A stretch of 59,880 nt of DNA, filler included, from Candidatus Woesearchaeota archaeon (GTDB taxonomy: Archaea; Nanobdellota; Nanobdellia; Woesearchaeales; JACPBO01): the NCBI GenBank assembly GCA_016180285.1. It is 3 parts of 3 records of this genome, joined end to end, with 100 filler letters (N's around TTAATTAATTAA, not from the genome) between each part and the next. Parts side by side here need not be neighbours in the genome. Positions count along the whole stretch, not along the records: positions 47,242 to 59,880 come from JACPBO010000047.1; 2 more parts are not named here. One strand, written 5' to 3'. Below, in pieces: positions 56,857 through 59,880 of the stretch. The notes under the pieces were generated by a model. It saw only the letters and a list, made by a program, of their open reading frames with translations. It searched no databases and was not told the origin of the DNA. The position numbers and the translations under genes were made by a program. The first letter of the stretch is position 1; every line of letters begins with the position of its first letter.

Positions 56857-58197
56857 TCAACCCTCCAATCCCAATCCCCTAACAACCATCTCAGGCTCAA
56901 ACACTTTCAGATCATCATACTTCTGGCCAACTCCAATGAACATAATGGGCTTCTTTGTTACGTAGCTTGTTGAGATCGCAGCACCTCCTTTCTCGTCAAC
57001 ATCGGCCTTTGTCAGTATTATTCCGTCAATGCCTATTGACTCATTAAACTGCTTTGCCTGCTCAACAGCATCATTTCCTGTCAAAGAATCGCCGACAAAT
57101 ATCTTGAGGTCCGGCTTTGTAACCCTCACAATCTTCTTCATCTCTTCCATTAAATTTTCATTGCTGTGCTGCCTTCCTGCAGTGTCTATCAGCACAGCAT
57201 CTTTCTTGTTTGCCCTTGCATGCTGTATTGCATCAAAGGCAACAGCAGCAGCATCCGCCCCATAGCCGTGCTTTATCATTTTTACATCAAGCGCTTCGCA
57301 GTGCCTCTCAAGCTGCTCAATTGCCGCCACTCTGAAAGTATCAGATGCCGCAGCAATGCAGCTTAAATTATTCTTTTTAAGAAGAGCAATTAACTTTGCC
57401 AGGTGCGTGGTCTTGCCAGCGCCATTCACTCCAAAAAATATTATAACATACGGCTTTTCTTTTTTCTCCCTTATTTTTTTAATCAAATCAATATTTTCCA
57501 CATTGAACAAATCTTCAATGCTGTTTTTAAGGGTTTTTTTGATTATTTCCTCAACCTTAAACCTGTCAATCTTCTTCTCAACAACCTCTTTTTTCATGTC
57601 ATTCTTTATTTTTTCTATAACCTCAACAGCAACATTATTCTCCAGTAAAACAATCTCAAGATCCCAGAACAGCTCGTCAAATTTATCCTCAGAAATCGCC
57701 TTTTTTGTTATTGCCTCGGATATTTTATTGAAAAACCCTTTTTTCTCAGGCTCTTCTTCAATTTCTTTTTCTTCAGCTTTTGCCTCTTCTTTTATTTCTT
57801 TGCGCTCTTTCTCTTCTTCAGCTGTTTCTGTTTTTTCAGTTTCTTCTTCAGCAGGCTTTTCTTTTATCTCCTCTTTTTCTTCTGGCTTGGTTTCAGGTTC
57901 TTCTTTAGTTTCTTTCTTTTTAACAAAGGTTTCTTTTATTTTTTCAAAAAAAGATTTCGGCTTTTCCGGCTCTTCTGCTGCCTCTTCCTCAGCTGCTTTC
58001 TCTTCTGAGTTTAATTCATCTTTTATCTCTTTTTTTTCAGCCTGTTTTTCTTCTTTTTCAATGCGCTTTTCTTCAGTTTTTATTTCTTCTTCAGCAGGCT
58101 TTTCTTTTATCTCCTCTTCTTCTTCAATCTCTTCTTCAGCCTTTTTGCTGAATATAGAAACAGCCTTCTGCAGCTTTTCCTTTAGAAATTTAAACAT
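56857..58197 (-). CDS. ftsY: SRP receptor FtsY with acidic N-terminal region
   Basis: GVNGAGKTT, DTFR.AAIEQL, DTAGR, TKAD...KGG, FIGVGQ; EEIKEKPAEEE duplicated in the acidic region. Confidence 0.96.
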   Translation of the reverse strand: MFKFLKEKLQKAVSIFSKKAEEEIEEEEEIKEKPAEEEIKTEEKRIEKEEKQAEKKEIKDELNSEEKAAEEEAAEEPEKPKSFFEKIKETFVKKKETKEEPETKPEEKEEIKEKPAEEETEKTETAEEEKERKEIKEEAKAEEKEIEEEPEKKGFFNKISEAITKKAISEDKFDELFWDLEIVLLENNVAVEVIEKIKNDMKKEVVEKKIDRFKVEEIIKKTLKNSIEDLFNVENIDLIKKIREKKEKPYVIIFFGVNGAGKTTHLAKLIALLKKNNLSCIAAASDTFRVAAIEQLERHCEALDVKMIKHGYGADAAAVAFDAIQHARANKKDAVLIDTAGRQHSNENLMEEMKKIVRVTKPDLKIFVGDSLTGNDAVEQAKQFNESIGIDGIILTKADVDEKGGAAISTSYVTKKPIMFIGVGQKYDDLKVFEPEMVVRGLGLEG

Positions 58198-58202
58198 TAA
58201 GC

Positions 58203-58631
58203 TCACTCTCTGGATTCTTTTACCAGCTCTTGCAGCTCATTGTCCAGCTGCTGCACCCTTTCGCCGACCATCTGCAGATTAGACAGCATCTCCTGCTGAA
58301 CAGCATTCATCTGCTCTAATTGGTCGCTTAATAATGTTTTAACATCATCTATTGGCTTTTTAAGCACAACCCCTGCGCCGACATTGACGAGCACATTCTC
58401 GCTGTCAACCAGCTTTGCCTTTGCAAAGACTCCTCCTGTGACAGGCACAAACAGCTCGTTTCCTTTATCTATTTTTTTAAACTCATCAAGATTGCCGATA
58501 GTGTTGTTCAGCTCAATTCCCTGCTGCATTATCATCTGCAGCTGCTCCTGCAGCTTTTTAAACTGCTCATTAGTCATCTGGAGCTCCATGTATTTCTCTT
58601 TCAGTTCCTTCTGCTTTTCATCTTTTTCCAA
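58203..58631 (-). CDS. pfdA: Prefoldin alpha subunit
   Basis: ELFVPVTGGVFAKA...VLVNVGAGVV; upstream of ftsY; TTG start. Confidence 0.93.
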   Translation of the reverse strand: MEKDEKQKELKEKYMELQMTNEQFKKLQEQLQMIMQQGIELNNTIGNLDEFKKIDKGNELFVPVTGGVFAKAKLVDSENVLVNVGAGVVLKKPIDDVKTLLSDQLEQMNAVQQEMLSNLQMVGERVQQLDNELQELVKESRE

Positions 58632-58763
58632 TTAAACCACCAGGAAGCAGGAAGATATGTTTATTTATAAGTTTATTGATTATTGACACGAGATTCCACC
58701 TATCGAGTTCAAAGTGCCAAGAATAGATAATTTTAAATATGTTAAAATACATTCCTTCGTGAT

Positions 58764-59054
58764 ATGAAGGAAAAGTTAAATCTTGTCGATAAAATTATGC
58801 TTGGATTAGGGAATGCTTCTTATAATGCTTTAGAAGTAACTGGGATTGCTCTTATCGTAAAAGGATACCCAACTGCAGGCACTTTTATTTTGATTGCTGG
58901 AGGTGGCTTAGATTTAGTTACAGCAATGGGTTATAGTGATGTTCCAAAAAAAGAACTTCCTTTGTATTCTAGAATGAAGTATAGCATTCCACCATATGCT
59001 TGGATTAGAAAAATTAACAATAAGATAACAGAGTACCTTTTTTCTCCTTCTTAA
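58764..59054 (+). CDS. Small hypothetical membrane protein
   Basis: 96 aa, two hydrophobic stretches. Confidence 0.55.
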   Translation: MKEKLNLVDKIMLGLGNASYNALEVTGIALIVKGYPTAGTFILIAGGGLDLVTAMGYSDVPKKELPLYSRMKYSIPPYAWIRKINNKITEYLFSPS

Positions 59055-59165
59055 GCAGAGTACCTTGAATTGTATATGCTCGTTGTAAGCGTCCTAAACG
59101 AAGTGAAAGCCAAGCAGGGTGTGGCAAAATTATGAAGTGATTTTGAGTTGCGAGGTGGCACTATT

Positions 59166-59807
59166 CTAGGATAATTCTAATTTCTTGACTCTGATTTCTG
59201 GCAACTTGTGAACTATCAAATCTGCGTTCTTAAGCTCTTCTTCTGATTGAAATTCAGTTTTTAGAGCAACAACTTTCATATTTGCATTTTTTGCAGCTTC
59301 TACTCCATTAGCTGCGTCTTCAACAACTAAACATTCTTCAGGTTTCAACTTTAGTTGTCTCGCTGCCTCCAAGAATAAATCCGGAAAAGGTTTGTGTTTT
59401 TTAACGTCGTCGGATGTTATAATTACTTCGAAATCATTATTTATGCCTAAATGCTTGAGAATATGCCCGGCCCTTGATTTTGAACTTGACGTAGCTACTG
59501 CTAACTTGAATTTCTTTTTCAAATTTTTAATTAGTTGAGATAAAGAATTATCCTTTTCTATATGTTCAAGATTATGTTGCATTTCAACTTCAAACTGACT
59601 CATATAGTCTTCTTTATCTATCGTGATATTGAAATTTTTCTCAAACAAATTAATTTGATCCTTTAAACTTCTACCGAGATACTGGGAAATTTTTGAGTCT
59701 GAAATATGTTTATCAAATTTCGCAAGTAGTTTGTTGTGAGTTGCCCATACAAACTTAGGTGTGTTGATTAGAACACCATCCATATCAAATATTATTGCTC
59801 TCAACAT
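59166..59807 (-). CDS. HAD-superfamily phosphatase (beta-PGM-like)
   Basis: IFDMDGVL, VATSS, KPFPD, VVEDA.NG..AAK.A. Confidence 0.92.
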   Translation of the reverse strand: MLRAIIFDMDGVLINTPKFVWATHNKLLAKFDKHISDSKISQYLGRSLKDQINLFEKNFNITIDKEDYMSQFEVEMQHNLEHIEKDNSLSQLIKNLKKKFKLAVATSSSKSRAGHILKHLGINNDFEVIITSDDVKKHKPFPDLFLEAARQLKLKPEECLVVEDAANGVEAAKNANMKVVALKTEFQSEEELKNADLIVHKLPEIRVKKLELS

Positions 59808-59880
59808 ATCATCCCAAGCTCTTTATCCACCTGCCTTTGCGTCCTTAGCAGCTCAATCTCAATATCCCCGAAATGCTCGT
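59801..59880 (-). CDS. 3' end of an unidentified CDS (runs off window end)
   Basis: Open frame ...EHFGDIEIELLRTQRQVDKELGMIC-stop overlapping the HAD start. Confidence 0.4.
   Translation of the reverse strand, partial: EHFGDIEIELLRTQRQVDKELGMIC

Noticed and set aside
57841..58113. About 30-bp direct repeat within ftsY
   Set aside because: Encodes EEIKEKPAEEE twice in the low-complexity acidic region; ordinary internal duplication.
57356..58282. 308-aa plus-strand ORF
   Set aside because: Ser/Phe-rich antisense shadow of the Glu/Lys-rich ftsY.

Overview
Archaeal chromosomal DNA, most likely from a DPANN/Woesearchaeota-type metagenome-assembled genome; the taxonomy is inferred from gene content and protein style. 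The window is three contigs joined by artificial 100-nt N spacers carrying a TTAATTAATTAA linker (16880-16979, 47142-47241), so synteny across those points is not reliable. Core genes: ftsZ (broken by a short deletion), rtcA, Zn-finger/aEF-1beta, trm1, aIF5B, a MoxR/DUF58/vWA/BatA operon whose MoxR carries a 522-aa LAGLIDADG intein, nth, a metallophosphoesterase, the 3' end of lhr, rpl44e-rps27e-aIF2alpha-nop10-PAC2, eno, gpmI, ftsY and pfdA. Accessory genes include several toxin-antitoxin modules, surface/adhesin proteins and regulators. Most notable: (i) a ~3 kb AT-rich island (9158-12124) bounded by two inverted 28-bp dif/Xer-like sites, carrying gene remnants and an HxlR-type regulator divergent from a 44-aa, 9-Cys metallothionein-like peptide (missed by the ORF track) and a CxxC membrane protein; (ii) apparent serial gene accretion at the ftsY 3' end, with a diverged duplicate of the ftsY C-terminus; (iii) two highly structured palindromic intergenic elements; (iv) near-identical 19-bp junction repeats in a GNVGIGT-repeat adhesin; (v) a His-rich uORF and a 29-aa-repeat solenoid gene flanking ftsZ. 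No rRNA, tRNA or CRISPR array was recognised.
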